Shown: in pieces, positions 27,046-41,422 of the stretch
How positions within the stretch are numbered: position 1 is the first letter of the stretch
Layout: every line of letters starts with the position of its first letter
Assembly: GCF_036321535.1 (NCBI RefSeq)
Contig: NC_087437.1
Span: 105,650,001-105,714,000 of the forward strand
Length of the DNA stretch: 64,000 bases
Source of the DNA: Camelus dromedarius
Lineage: Eukaryota
Reading direction: 5' to 3'
The notes under the pieces: model-generated
Told to the model about the DNA's origin: nothing
Seen by the model: the letters and a program-made list of their open reading frames with translations, nothing else
Database searches by the model: none
Made by a program: the position numbers and the translations under genes

Positions 27046-28214
27046 GTTTTCATTCATGAAAACCTGTTTAGGCCAGATGAAATTTAAATACATGACTTGG
27101 AGGTCTGTCTTTGACTCCCAGATGTATCAATATGAGTTCCAAATGTTTAACTTATTCCAGGAGATTATCATGACCAATGGAAAACCTTTTTATATCTGTC
27201 ACAACAGGCATAAAATAATGTCACATTTTTCTTCTTTTTCATATATCATTGCAGACACCAGACTCTAGTATGTCACTTAATACCTATGAAAAGGGATTTT
27301 CTTTTTACTCCGAGTTCATTCTATATTAACTTTCAAATCTTTTTAAGACCTACACAAAGTGGTTACTGCAATTCGTAGAGTACAAACACAGGCAAAGGTA
27401 TGTCTAGATTTTGAGATATATGTAGAAGTATGTTGGATATTACTGAAACCACAATGGAAAAAAGGAAATTCATTATCTCAAGTATTTTTAAAATGAGAGA
27501 TTTTAGAATCAATCTTTCTCTTTTCTAATGAATCTATATTATTAAATTTACACACATGTAGAATGAAGTTCTATGCAGCACATAATTGACTGAGTATTTA
27601 AAAATCTTCCCCAGATTTGCTGATTTTTCCAGAGTACTAATCAGTTCATTACTAAGAAAGGAGTTTTAATCACATTTTAAATAAGGAAATTGAAAACAGC
27701 CTGAATTCAAAATATGCAGTGGCTACCATCAGGAAAAACTTAAATTTACCTCCACTAAATATAAGATTTCCCACTGAAAGCCTTTTATAAGTGGATGGAC
27801 AAAGGCCAGCAATACTGTTGTTGTTGGAAGAATATTCCTCCATATTCTGTGTGCACCCATGTTATTAAATCACTTTAGGTTTTCTAACATGCATATTAAG
27901 GATCTGACAGAGTTAATTCAGACTAGAAATACCAGTAATTTAAAAAATTTACTATCTACCTTAGGTATGAGAAATGGGAAACACAAATTCATTTATAAAT
28001 TAAAATTGAGAATCATTAAGGAAAATTCAGAATCAAGAATGGTTCCAATAAAGGTAGTGGAAAATTCTTGGAAAACCAAATATTAATGAAGATATTTGGC
28101 ATTGGTAAAAACACACATAATAAAAGTTAATAGCAATCATACTTCATTTTTAAAATATCTTAGTATTTGCCCTAGAATTTGCAATAAATATGTACAACTT
28201 ATTTAAGTACACTT

Positions 28215-28832
28215 CTTTTTTTCTATATGATTCCTTTGTTTTTTTTTTTTTTAAACACCTTTATTATAGTACGGTTCCTGTACAGGAAACTACACATAAT
28301 TCAAATGTACAATTTGATGAATTTTGATAGATGTATACACCAGTGAAACCACTACCACAATCAAGATAGCTAACATTTCCATCACTCCCCAAGAGGTGCC
28401 ATTTTTGAATTCCTAATTTATCCCTTTCCACCCTCTTTAGTCCCTGGTAACCATAGTTTGTTCTTTATGTCGTCTGTGAGTCTGTTTCTGTTTTGTAGAT
28501 AAGTTCGTTTGTGTCCTTTTTTTAGATTCCACATATAAGCAACATCATATGGCATTTTCTCTTTCTGGCTTACTTCACATAGAATGATGATCTCCAAGTT
28601 CATCCATGTTGCTGCAAATGGTATTATTTTATTCTTTTTATGGCTGAGTAGTATTCCATTATATATATCTTCTTTATCCAGTCATCTGTTGATGGACATT
28701 TGGGTTGTTTCCATGCTTTGACTATTGTAAATAGTGCTGCTATGAACACTGAGGTACATGTGTCGTTTTGAATTATATTTTCCTCCAGGTATATGCCCAG
28801 GAGTGGGATTGCTGGATCATAAGGTAGGTCCA
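28215..28832 (-). mobile_element. Short chimeric L1 insertion with an 11-bp TSD
   Basis: TSD TAAGTACACTT at 28204-28214 and 28833-28843. ORF2 C-terminal peptide '[14 protein letters not shown]...WKQPKCPSTDDWIKK'. Poly(A) on the minus strand near 28239-28252. Confidence 0.9.
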
Positions 28833-29665
28833 TAAGTACACTTTCAAATAACACTATAACACATACCATACTTTTACTATAACTGATATAACAGAGCATT
28901 ACCAATTCTTGCCGCTTATGCTGTCATTCATTTTTTTAATACACATTCAGTAATCACCCAATATATGGCTATTATTATTATTACTTTGAACAAACATTTA
29001 TCTTTTAGATCAATTTAGGAAAAAACATTTGAAGTAGAGATTTATCTGCATTTATTCCTTCTTAGACATCGTTTCTTTTTTACATGTAGGTCTGAGCTTC
29101 TGACCTACATCATTTTCCTTCTCCCTGAAGAATTTATTTAAACATTTTTTGTAAGAGGGTCTGTTGGTGATAAATTCCTCTAATTGTAGTTTGTTGTAAA
29201 AAAATGTTTCTCCATTTTTGAAGGCTAATTTTTCCTGGGTATAAAATTCTAAAAATGTTTTCTTTCAAGACTAAACATTTTACGTCACTTTCTTTCTTAT
29301 TGGCATGGTTTCTGAAGAGAAGTCTGATGTAATTTCTATTCTTGTTCCTCTAAAAGCAAGGTGTATTTTTTCCCTCTGCTTTCCAGATTTTTCTTTTTGT
29401 CCTTGGTTTTCAGCAATTTGAATATGTAGTAACTAAGTGTAGAGTTTGTTTGTTTGTTTGTTTATCCTGCTCAGTGTTCATTGCATCTGTGGTTTGGTAT
29501 CTGTCATTAATTTTGGAAAAATCTCAACTATTATTTCTTCAAATATTTCTTCTACTCTGTTCTTTCTTCTCCTTCCAATATTCCCATTACATATGTACTA
29601 CACATTTTGAAATTGTCTCAGAGGTCTTGGAATTCTTCTCAGTAATTTTTCTTTGTATTTCAATT
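28833..29665 (-). mobile_element. Old L1 (L1MC/MD-like) fragment hosting the younger insertion
   Basis: T-rich antisense L1 motifs ('tttctgaagagaagtctgatgtaatt', 'ctattatttcttcaaatattt'). It appears to continue leftwards of the TSD to about 28170. Confidence 0.6.
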
Positions 29666-30639
29666 TTTTCAAATATTTTTATCCTTTATTAAACATTAAA
29701 TTCAATAAATTTAAGGTATTTAAGATATATACCCTAAGAACTTTGGGGATAATTTCAAGTAATTTAATGTAAATAATTGTTTTCTTTATCTGAAAGTTCT
29801 AAAATCAAACATTTAAATGAGAAGAAGAAAGCTCAGTATAGCACAAAGTAGACTAAAAATTATTTCGTTTTGTTTTTTAGTCTAATTTTTTTAAAAATAC
29901 AGATAATATAATATAAAATATAATTTTTTTCTGTTTCAATTTAATTATGATATATAATGCATGAGCTAAAAACTTGATGGATTACAAACAAAACAAAACC
30001 TTAGCTAGAAGGAAGAAATTTTGATAAACACTTTCATTATTTTGATTTTTCTAAGATAAACTCTTTAAATATTCTTTGAAAACTGGTTAGTATTACTTAA
30101 TTGATGGAGAGGAAAGCAATGCTATTCTACCACTGTGAATATTTTTCTTTCATACAGTAGAATAAATTTTTTCACTCCTTTTTTCAAAAAGAAATAAAAC
30201 TCAAAGTAATTATCATTGGTTAGAGCTACAAAAATAGCCTTCCAGTTAGACAGATGGTCCAACAAGCTTCCTAATGAGGGTATTTTCCCATCCTGGATCC
30301 CTCTGCAAGAGGACCAAACAGGAAAACAAAACAATTACCCTAGGATATCTGATTCCAAAACCAGCACGGAAAAATTTTATTAAAGAATGCAAAAACATAA
30401 GCAGACACTTCAGAATGCAGTTCACAGTCATCTCCTGCCTCCCACTTTCCACTCAATTTTAGAAATTACTTTTTATATGAAATTCTGTAATAGCCTTCTA
30501 TGTGTTCTGCACAGCTCCCAACTTTCACACCTTCAAATTATTTTTTAAACTTCTACTAGACTAATTTTCACAAAGCCTAACTTTCACAAAATCAAATCCC
30601 TGTTTTCAAAAACCCAAGATAGTTTGATTTAGCAACCAT

Positions 30640-32430
30640 AGCTAATTAAAATTCAGTGCCTGCTTTTTAGGCTGTTGTACACAGGTCCTATCAAAACTGG
30701 CTCTTTCTTTTTCTCTAAAATAAGCCACTAGTTCACTTAAGCCAGACTTAATTTAGCAGTCATATTCATCACCCCAGTAACATACTTTCTCACCCTATTC
30801 CCTAGCCCAAAATGCTCCTACTCCTCCTACAAAATCTGATCCACCTGTCTGATTTATCTTCTGGACTTTAGACTCACCAAACAATGAATCCACCTCTCTT
30901 CTGAAAAGACTACTAGTTACTGTTTTTCTTGTTATTTAATAATCATCTAAAGTATTCCTTAATATAAAGGCTCTTACAGTTCAACTACTGTCCATCACAT
31001 TCCTAAGCCTATAGCATTTAGCATGCATCTCCCAAACTTCTCTCCCTCTCACTCCATTTCAGCATATAAACTTGCATCCTACTCCAGAGAATATAGAAGC
31101 CATCAGAAGAAAATACTCTTTATTTTTTTTGTAGTTAAACATATCCAGAATTTCTACCATTCTCCTTCCCCCTTATTGTAATAGAATATCTATTCTTCCT
31201 CTTATCTGAAGCCAATGACTCTACTTATGACTTGGCTCTCATCAAATCCTGCCTTCTTGGCTATCAATTGTCTCTTTTCCTTTTTGATATTTACCTTTTC
31301 CTCGAGTAAGTGTGTCCCATTGCCTTAAAATAGACTTTCTCCCACCATGCTACATTTCTGCCGCCTAAAATCCCCTCTCTATTCACCCCTCTGAACTTCA
31401 AGCCAGGATATCCAGCCGCTTTTACAAGACGTACCTTTAGATAGCTCAAAGTCATTTCAGGCTCAACATGCACAAATTAAAGTTCATAATTTCATCCCTC
31501 TGAAAAACAAGCAAAAAAAGGAAAAAACCTACTCCTGCTCTTTATCCAGTGTTTCCTGTTTTGGAAAACATTACTGCCTGCAAGTTAGAAAGCTAGTAGT
31601 CATGGTTCATCCTATATTTTTTCTTTTCCTTCCTGATAGGCTCCTTTATAAACTGTGGTCATTTTTACATCCTAAATACCAATGACATTCACATCCTTCT
31701 TTCCACATCCACCTCTGCCCTCTTGGAAAGCTGTCTCCATTTGTTATGCTAAAGATTCTAATTTGGCTTCTGATCACAGTAGCCCACCATGACCCTGCTC
31801 AAGTGTCCATTGAAATTTCTGTTGCTAACCCAGTGAAACATTTTGGTCTTTATTTTGCTTGACTTCTCAGTAAGATTCAGAACTGTTCTTAATTCTGTCA
31901 TTCTAGAAATACTCTTCCCTTGTCTGCCATGAAAACTCTCTCCTGGACTTCTGACTACTCTGGGAACTCTTTCTCAGTTCCCTTTTTTGATTTTTCAATC
32001 TAAATCAAACCATCAAAATTAAAGTTTCACAATTCTCTATCTCTGTATCTATCTCTATCTCTCATAAAATGATCTTATTCATGCTGTGGCTTCAGTAAAC
32101 ATTTACATACACTATTCCATCATCTTAATCTATTAATACCTACTCTTTTTTAAAAAAAAAAGCCTTCCCAAATTTCCCAGGTAATGTCAGTTCCCCTGTT
32201 TATTAAATTACAAAATCATGTTGCTTTCTTCATAGTATTTGCCAGTTTCAATTTTAAACTTATTTATATTATTCTTCTATTAATAATTTTTCACATTACA
32301 ATGTGAGTTACATGAGGGCTAATTCACATTTTAATATTTTATTTTACTTTTTATTTTTTTTTTACATTCAGGGGTCCTAAACTATACCTGGAAATGGATA
32401 CAATAGAAGCTTAATAAATATTTGTCAAAT
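30640..32430. mobile_element. Cluster of L2 fragments
   Basis: Pyrimidine-rich decayed motifs ('gacttctcagtaagattcagaactgtt', 'ctcaacatgcacaaattaaagttc') and an L2-like tail 'aataaatatttgtcaaattga'. Confidence 0.5.
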
Positions 32431-34804
32431 TGATAAGTATGAAATGAATCTATAAACCGATAAAATTCAGCATGCTATATTGATTATGATTGACAGTCAG
32501 GGGACTTCTCATTTTTACAATGTCTACAAAAATTAAGCAAATTTATTTGACAATGCATGATATTGCTTTTACAAAGATGAAAGTTTTGATATGATGTATT
32601 TCATTGCTTATAATGTGAATGTCATAAGCTGTGACATAACAGATAAGTTTGTTTCAGATATAGGATCAATATACATTCCCTCAGAATTCAATAAATTAGA
32701 CTGTGATCTGATCTTGAAAAATTGAGAACTAAATGATCATTTGTATTTAGTTGGTATTTTTTCCCATAAATATTGAGGTAACTTACTTTTAAGTCAGTAA
32801 AAATTAACTCATAGTACCAGGTTTTTTTTTTTTTTTATCCTTTTCCTCTGTAAAAAAGTACAGTTACTGCACTTACTGAACTCTAAGACAAGTTAGCTTC
32901 AATGAATCTATTTTCTTCATGATAGAGAACAAGATTGGGTTAGTACTTAAGAATTACATTAATACATTCTTTTTCTTCTTCAGTTACATTCTATATTAGG
33001 GAATGCTTTATACTTGATAATAATAGAAATCATACATGCAACATTTTCATTTTAAAGCAACTTCCATTGGCAAAGTCATTCCACCTATGACTATATTAAA
33101 GAAATAAACAACACCTTAAACATCACATATGTATACCTTTGATGCAGAAGTAAATGAAAGTGTCTATTTGAAGGAAAAAGTGTGCTTTGAAAGATTGCTT
33201 TCCAAACAGAACATATTAAACACTGCACTTTCAACATATTAGTAAAATTATTCATATGATGTCATATCATACTAGTGTCATTTTCTCTCCTTTTTTATAT
33301 TTATGGATCATGCCAGTGTCTCCCATTTTATTATTCTTTCTCTCTTTAGAAAAATATAATGAATTATTTTGCTTTCTTATTACAACAAAATTAATTTCAG
33401 TTGCCAATTTGTAAAAACTAAATGCTGCAGATGAAAATGAAAGGAAAAGACCTCGCATCAGAATGACCAGCCAGAGGCAGTTTACTGCAGTGAGAAAGAG
33501 ATCGATCAAGATCCCCACTACCTATTAGTTGAGGTGTTTAAATTCTCAGAGCTGTAGTTTTTCTGAGGACATTGTCTTACTGAGATTCTGCAAGTGTTAG
33601 GGTCAATATATGTGAAGTGCTTGACATATATTTCCAAGGTTCTCTGGCATGAATGTTAAAGGTTCTTTTTAATATTTCTATTTGCTGTTGGGCGGAATTA
33701 ATTTCTCCCTCGGGTGAGTTACTGCTTTAGAAAAGGTAAGTTAATAACCTACAAGGCACTTATGGGACAGAAGCTGTTGATGTAAAATCGAGGGGGTTAA
33801 GCTCTCTATTTTAACATGGTTTTCATATTATTTCAAATCCTTAAACTAGATATTACTTAAATATTGCATACAGTAAAATCTTGAGATTTTCTAAGAATGG
33901 TTAAAGCAACTTGTGTAAAACAAAATCTATATGTATGATACAGAAAAATAATTTAAGTTTAATGGAATAATTTTGTAAAATTATTACTATTTTTAAAAAT
34001 GAGCTAGAATTATTTTAAAGGAGAATAAAACCATATTAGTTTACTCAAATACATATGTATATACATACACACACACATATATATATGTATATATACATCA
34101 CAAACATATCTGTGTGTTTTCAATAGTGACAAGTATAATATATACAGAAGATGTAAAATGTGTCCAACTGGACCAGGAAAGATAACGAGGGAACTCAGTG
34201 AAGTAGATTATCTTTAAAGTTTTTTATTATGCTGTGTCATAGTTTTGCTATGTGAAAAGCTATTCTTCCCTATTTAGATAGTAGCAAAAATTTTTTATAT
34301 GACCAACATTTAGCCTATATTTTTAAGTTAGACATTGCTATGAATTATAAAATGTTTCCCTATAAAAAGGTCTATAAGTTAAAGACACAATAAATGAAAT
34401 TTTTATAAAATGGATTTTTTTAACCAGATAGTTTGTGGCAAGCACTTAGTATTCATCTGGATTCAAATTTTAATTCTATTAATAACTTTTACTTATTATT
34501 ATGCTGAGTCATGATATCATAGAATATTTGGGGATTTAAGTAAAGAAAAGGTTCCAACAAATAATACATGACCAATATGGTAGCTACTGATCTTACAATT
34601 AAATTAATTTTTTAGATCAGTACATTTCTACATTTTGATTGAGGATAAAATAAGATCTGGAGTCTCCTCACCAACAAGAAATAAAACACCTAGGGGTTCT
34701 TACATCAATACAATGATGCCACAGAAGAAGTTTATAAAGTTACATCACTAGGTAAAAATGCTAAAACAAATCATCAAAAACTATGTTTTATATTTCTGTT
34801 TAGT

Positions 34805-35420
34805 TTAATTTAACAATTATTTATTGAGTATAATATATACCTAGCTTTGTACTGTGCTACCATGAATATAGGATAAGAAGATGGCAAAGTATTGCCTCTG
34901 TTAACTGTTGAGTTAGTAGAAATGCAGTATTTGAGCATTGAATCAGTAATCTTGAAGAAAAATATAGATTTACCTCTAAAGCCACAGGTGAGAATATAAG
35001 TGAATTTGAAAGCAAAAGCTGAGAAGTATCTTTCCCATTCTTGGTTCTGAAAATAAATGCCTGGGTAGTCATCAGGATGAAAGGATAATATTTGTTACAA
35101 ACATCTGAGAAATTTTCATGATGGAGTTGGGGTTTACGTGTGTTCTGAGGAGTCGTTGGCTTAGGAAAAGCAAAAAAGAATATCACCAGAATGACAAACA
35201 AACACAAAACCACAAGAAAATCTAGAGATGAGAAAATACATAATGTGAATAAATGGATGTAAAGGAATAGACTACTGGATAAGAGAACACAGGCTTTCAA
35301 AAGTAGTAGGAGGTGAGATAAGGTTACACTATTGTGAAAGATCACATGTGCTATGAATATTATTTGGACTTGATCTGAAGGCAATGTGAATCTTTATGAG
35401 TTGTTGAGCAAAGATATATC
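34805..35420. mobile_element. L2 relic
   Basis: 'ttaacaattatttattgagta...tgtactgtgcta' and 'tttggacttgatctgaaggcaatg' resemble L2. Confidence 0.5.
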
Positions 35421-37234
35421 TATTTCTGTACTCTACTGTAAATTCAAGTCAAATAGGTAGTAAACAGAATTCACTATGCATTTTACATTGGCTAATGTGA
35501 TGAAACATTGTTTACCTTAAATTCACCATACAACTTAATAAGGGGAGTCCTGCATTGCCACTAGATTACTCTCCACCAGGTGATTTTCAAAGGACAGGTG
35601 GGACAATAGCTGGCAATGAGTCACCTGTACTTCTGCCTCACTAAAATAATGGTCTGTGGAAGTTGTCCAAAAATCTACCATAAAGATTTGACTATTGTCC
35701 TAGTCATATGCCTATTAATCTCAAATCAGTGCATATCATTTAATTTTGTGGGTTTAATTATAAAAGTCTATGGTAACACAGACTTTTTATTATAAAAATC
35801 CTCAAAGTCTATGGTAACATGTATTGACTAAATTAAAGTAGTATCTTAAAGATTAATTTCTTTAAACTCAATTTTCTGCTTAGAAGTACAAGTATTGATG
35901 AATGACATAGTTCAAAGAAATTTTTTGAGCCTTCATATATTATAATCTCTGAAGTTATTACACACTAATTAGAACCCAACCTTTCTTGTTATTGTGTTAA
36001 CTGAAGATCAAATTTCTAATCACTAAATATCACAAGAGTGTGATAGGAATAAAGCAAATCACCTCTGTATTCTAATGTCAGACTTGGCTGATGTCTTGGA
36101 GGCTGTCAGACTTCTGCATTGAGAGTCAAGGTGAATGCAGTAACCTTCTTCAATATGGCAGGAGAACGGCCAGCAGGAGAGACAGAAAGATGAGCATCTT
36201 ATGATACCATAAGAAAGAAGGCAGTAACTTCCTGAGAAGCAACATCAGACTCTGTAGCTTGCTTTTGAATTGTTTTTTTTCCATGAGATAGCTCTATACA
36301 GCTGGTGCTGGGACTCACAAGTCTCTTACTTTCTGTTAAATGTCATGAAAAAGATGTTTTGTTTTGTTTTGTTTTTTCCCTCCATGCAGAGTTAGGAAAA
36401 GAAAAAATGTTGTATGTATGTTTACTCTAGAAGCTGATTTATCTTTTCTTTGAAAAATTGCAACAATACAAAATTCCCATAACATTTCCAAAATGCAGAC
36501 ATTACAGCAAGAAGGTAAAAGTCCCAATAAAGTATCCATGTGAATGTCAGAGGCTAACCTTATTCTTGTTCATGAGAACAATCTCTCAAGTCAGTACATT
36601 TTTATTTGCTCATTTATTTTGTTACTATTTCAAACTTAAAGGCCAAAGTTTTTTATGTTGGTGATATATCCACCCATATTGTTAAATCATTAAGTCAAAT
36701 GCACTATCAGTTCATTTCTAATATAGATGAGAAAAATAAGGCATAGAAATTCTGTGCATGACCAATATACCCTCTTCTATAAGTGAGAAATTTGTTCAGT
36801 GCCTACTGAACATTAAAAATTTAATAAAAACAATGTATTTCAAAATAATTCTGATTTGGACCTATGTAGTCTAGCAAATCTATCTACTACTTACTTTTCT
36901 TATGAAATATTCATGACCTTTCAGTGTGCCATTTTCTAAAGTTATTTTAGTTTAAATCTCTCAAGATTGCTATAGTTGTATTTCCTGAATGTAATCTATC
37001 AGGATTTTTTCTTTGAGAAATAGTTTAATTGGAGGTTTAAGTGGATGTTGATAAGTTAATTTTATTAAATTACTTTTAAGAGTGTTAAGAAACATATGCT
37101 TAAGGGATTTTGATAGTCATAGTTGAGGACTGGAAAGATTGACTGCTTAGGACTTAATTGAGAGCAGGTATATTTAAAGTTGAAAAAAATGTGAGGCGAT
37201 GGATGTGTTAATTTGATAGTAGGAAATCTTTATA

Positions 37235-37593
37235 TGTGTGGAGATGTAGGAAAGCCAGTAGTATAATTGAAAGGTCCAAGAGCAAGGAAGCTATTGGTGT
37301 GGATTCCAGTCTGAGGGTAAAGCCCTAAGAACCAGGAGCACCAAGCCCAGGAGAACATTGATGTCCCAACTCAACCATCAAGCAGAGAGCAAATTCAGCC
37401 TTTCCCTGACTTTTTGTTCTAATCCAGCCCTCAGTGGATTGGACGACATTCACCACACTAGGGAGTGCAATCTGCTTTATTCAGTCTACCTATCCAGACG
37501 CTAATCTCTTCCAGAAACGTATTCATAGAACGATGTTTTAGCAGCTATTTGAGCATCCCATGGACCAATTGATACATAAAACTAACCATCACA
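37235..37593 (-). mobile_element. MLT1-type MaLR LTR
   Basis: 'aagccctaagaaccaggagc...gccctcagtggattgga...aatctgctttattcagtcta...ctaatctcttccagaaac...aactaaccatcaca'. Confidence 0.85.
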
Positions 37594-37689
37594 AAGAGAG
37601 ATTGGGAAAATAATATAATCATTAGCAGAGGCTTCTATGTACATTTTAGGGAATGTTTCCTCTCTGGGCCAAACTCTGCATTGCTCTCT

Positions 37690-37960
37690 GCATAGTATTA
37701 CATCATATCTCTTTATATCACTCTACTCCCTTGCTCTATTTTATTTTTCTATTAGTTCATATCACCAACTGACATATTAGAAATGGGTATCCTCACCTGT
37801 TTGGTTCTGTCTTTCCCTTTCCCCACCCATAATAGAATGTAAAACTTAAGAGCAGAAATTTTACTTTGTTCACCACAGTATCTCAAGAACCCTAAATAGT
37901 CATGGAACACAGGAAAGGTTCAGTAAATATTTGGTGAATGAGTGAATGTTCATTTATTGA
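37690..37960. mobile_element. L2 3' end
   Basis: 'tagaatgtaaa...ttgttcaccacagtatctcaagaacc...cagtaaatatttggtgaatgagtgaatg'. Confidence 0.65.
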
Positions 37961-40699
37961 ACAAATTAATGAATTATTCTGATATTATCATTTATATAAC
38001 CTTCTTCCCATTGAAAATGTAGGTTCCCAATTTTTGTAGTAAATAAATATGTTTATATATTTGTACAGTTCTGCTCTTTTTGTCCACATTAAATAGAAAA
38101 GCTGAAGAACAGAGAATTAAGGTGACTCATTATAGTTACACAGCCAACTTTTAGTGGAGAGTGTAGCAGAACTGCTGAAATCTGCAGCATAAAATTCTGT
38201 TCATATTTTCTAGGTATTTAGCAGCTTCCACCTTACCATTTACACATCAAGTAGAATTTAGATCAGGATGTAACTGGCATGTGGCAGCTCAAGTGTGTAC
38301 ATTCCAAAGGCATACACTCATTTGCTCTTGCTTCTGTACTTGTTCTTGTGTGTGGTAGATACAGATGAAGAAAGTTTTATTATTGCCCAACAACCTGGGT
38401 CATTCAACACACCCTGTATGGAATCCCAAAGAAGACCAGAGGAAAAGGAAAATTCCACTTATTTCTATCTTCATTAAATGCACTGGTAAGTCATGATCAG
38501 AAAGAAGACATATCCTGATTCAGAATGAAGCAGAGAGTGCACACTACTTTAAGTGGGCACCAGGTTTTTGCAACATGAACTGAGCAACTAAGGGCTATAT
38601 AAAAGGTAAGAACTGGGAGTCCTGCAAAGGTACACTAATTTTAGGACACATCTAAAGCTATTCGGTTCATTCTCCACCTGTGCTAGAGATCAGCAAGGTC
38701 TGTACTTGCTAAAAGGTCTCCCTATGGGTGGTCATGTCCAGTGGTATTTACAAACGAGTCCTGAAAGTCAAAGTGATGAGATCAGATGAATAGAGTGGGC
38801 AAAGACATTCCTTCAATCCGGATGCTGAAAAGAGTGATTTCACTCCAAGCTCCCTTTGTTTGGAAAGGATGGTGAAGTGGGCTCCTACTTAATTACTGTT
38901 ACAGTCTTTGCTTCTGCTTCTATAATTGCTGTTGACTCTGCTGGTTTCTAGTGTGAGGCTGCCAAGACTTCCTTTTATTATGCCTTGGCTCACTGAAAAC
39001 TCTCCTGGCAACAGTCCGAGAACACAGGTACACCCTGCCAGAGCAGTGCCAAATTCCCTGTAAATGGCCGTCCCTGGGTGTTTTCGCTCTACCACATAGG
39101 GTGTGCAACCGACTTTTCAGGGACAGTTCCAGAAAAACCTAGTTCCAATCCAAAGGGCTGGTTCATTTAATTGGATGATGAGTATTCTCCCTTTAACTTT
39201 TTGGTTTCAACAGTTCGTTGGAGTTTTATTTCTACTGCTGTGTTCTCTCTGTATAGAGATGCACTTAGAAGCTGCCTTAACTCTCCAAAATTTCACAGTG
39301 GTAGACCACAAAATTAAATGGTGTGGAGAAGCACGGTCTAATTCTATCTCATAGAATTTTTGCATGACTCCAAAATATTTTTATCTTATGTCTGACTTAT
39401 TAGTCTTATTAGATTTATGACTTAGAATATCTTGCTTCAAGGGAAAATGTTTTATTTAATTTGATTCTAATTTCCATCAGATTCCCAAGTCTTTGCTCTT
39501 TGGAAAATTATAAACAGCCTCCATTTTCACAGTGAACTGATCATTAGCCCCATGTGTGTTTGCTTAAGCCTCTCATCCCGCTGCAAGATTTCTGTAGGTC
39601 TCTCTCTCATCCCTCCTCTCTCTAATGGTGACCTACCAGGATAACAAAATCTAATCAGTTGCTAAGGGTGTCCCTAGCTCTTTTTTACTGTTAATAAATT
39701 ATTTGTCTTTGTGATTTCCTTTATTTCAAATACAAACTAAAACAGCTTCAAACTTACATCTGCAGAATTGTCATTTCACTCACTGAAGTTCTGTGCATTT
39801 TCAATTGTGAGGAAAGGGATTTTAGTTAAAGTTGGAATGTAGGGAGAACATACAGCTTTCAGCATAGCTCCAAACTGACCTACCTTCCCAAACTTTTCTT
39901 TAGTTCTTTTCTTGGTCCTTCAAATCATATTCAAAACTCACTTCCCCTAAAGCACTTTCAAAATTAATCTCTCTGTAACTTGTAATGAATATCTTTAACT
40001 TTTGTGTTTGCTTCTCCATGGGTTTATTCTGATATTAAGTTTTACAAGATATAATTTTTTTCTTGATCAGACCACATGGACTGTATGTTTTAGATCACAA
40101 ATTATGAGGGATAAAACAATAAAATGGTGAGTATAAACACGTTAAAAAAAACATCAATGCAGAATCTGATTCAAATCTTGAAATTTAATGAAAATAAAAA
40201 AAAAACCCTCGGGTGATCTATAGCTCTTTATTTTTGAACTTCAACTAAACAAAAACATGCAAAAATTAAAACAAAAAAATAGATAAAATCTTTGATAATT
40301 CCATTTACTTTAAGTTTCCATTTCTCTCTCTCTCTTTCTCTCTCTCTTACTGACTTGTACACTATAATTTTCAAAAAGTCTTTAAATACCTTATAAATTA
40401 AATGATGCTATAAGAGAAGACACTTCAGTAGCTTGTACCTCTTAATCCCTCATCTGTTTTGCCCCTACAAACTACCAGTTATAAAATAAATAAGTTACAA
40501 GGATGTAATTAATGTACATCATAGAGAATACTCAATATTTTGTAATAACTTTGTCTGGTAGCTGGCCCTCAGGTGATTGTGGCTGGGTAATAGTGGCCTA
40601 GCTGGGAGTGTAAGAGCCCATAGTTTGCATTTGAGAGACAAACACCCTGATAAATTGTCTTCTATCTCTAGGCTTTAGTTAAGGCTGTGAGAAACAGTA

Positions 40700-41211
40700 C
40701 CAGTGTACCCAAGGCCCCAAGATGCCAAGCATCAAAATTAAAAGACGTGCTTAATACAGATTAGAAGACTTATTGTCTATTATTTTTGATTGCTAAATAT
40801 CTCTCTTTTTTGGCATGGTTGGATTCCCACATTTATTTAGGGTGATTCTGGTTAAGACTTTTCAACAAGTAGCCTTACCATGTCTGCCAATCATGGTACC
40901 CCTCATACTTCAACATGATCATTGACCTATTAGTAAGCACATAATCAGAGGCTGGTCAGACTCCTTACCTAATTTATACAATGGGGGAAAGGAAGCAAAG
41001 AGACAAGTAAAGTTGTGAAACGGAGAGACGGGTAGTGCAAGTGAGAAGTAGTCCTGATGACAGACATCATTTGAACCCCCAGATCTAACTATGTTGAAAG
41101 TGTCCCCTCCAGTTGGACTTCTCAGTGAAGGATAAGGCAATCAAATGCTTCTTTTGCTTAAGAAATTTCTAGTTTGGTTTATCAACTTACACTGAAAATA
41201 ATCATAATACA
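40700..41211 (+). mobile_element. Old MLT1-like LTR relic
   Basis: 3' end 'cttttgcttaag...tagtttggttt...cttacactgaaaataatcataataca' resembles MLT1. The 5' boundary is uncertain. Confidence 0.4.
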
Positions 41212-41422
41212 ATATCTTAATTTTTGTACTAGAAATCATAATCAATCCCAAGGAGAAATATTAACCTCCAGCCCTGACCCCATGTAATGCCAAGCATTCA
41301 TGAATATCCTCAGTCAATTCTACAAAGGATAGAAAAATTTAATCTTTATTGGATTCTCTAGTGGATGTTCTACTAAATACACTAGGTTAGTTAAATCTGA
41401 CAATACTTCTTTCTGTAAGAGG

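Noticed and set aside
34857..35384. Longest ORF (175 aa, minus strand), hydrophobic
   Set aside because: It lies in an L2 relic. The Leu/Phe bias follows from the T-rich strand, and no domain is recognisable.
38592..38610. Consensus-like TATA box gggcTATATAAAAG followed by a GTAAG donor-like motif
   Set aside because: No CpG island, downstream exon or ORF supports it, and such motifs are expected by chance in AT-rich DNA.
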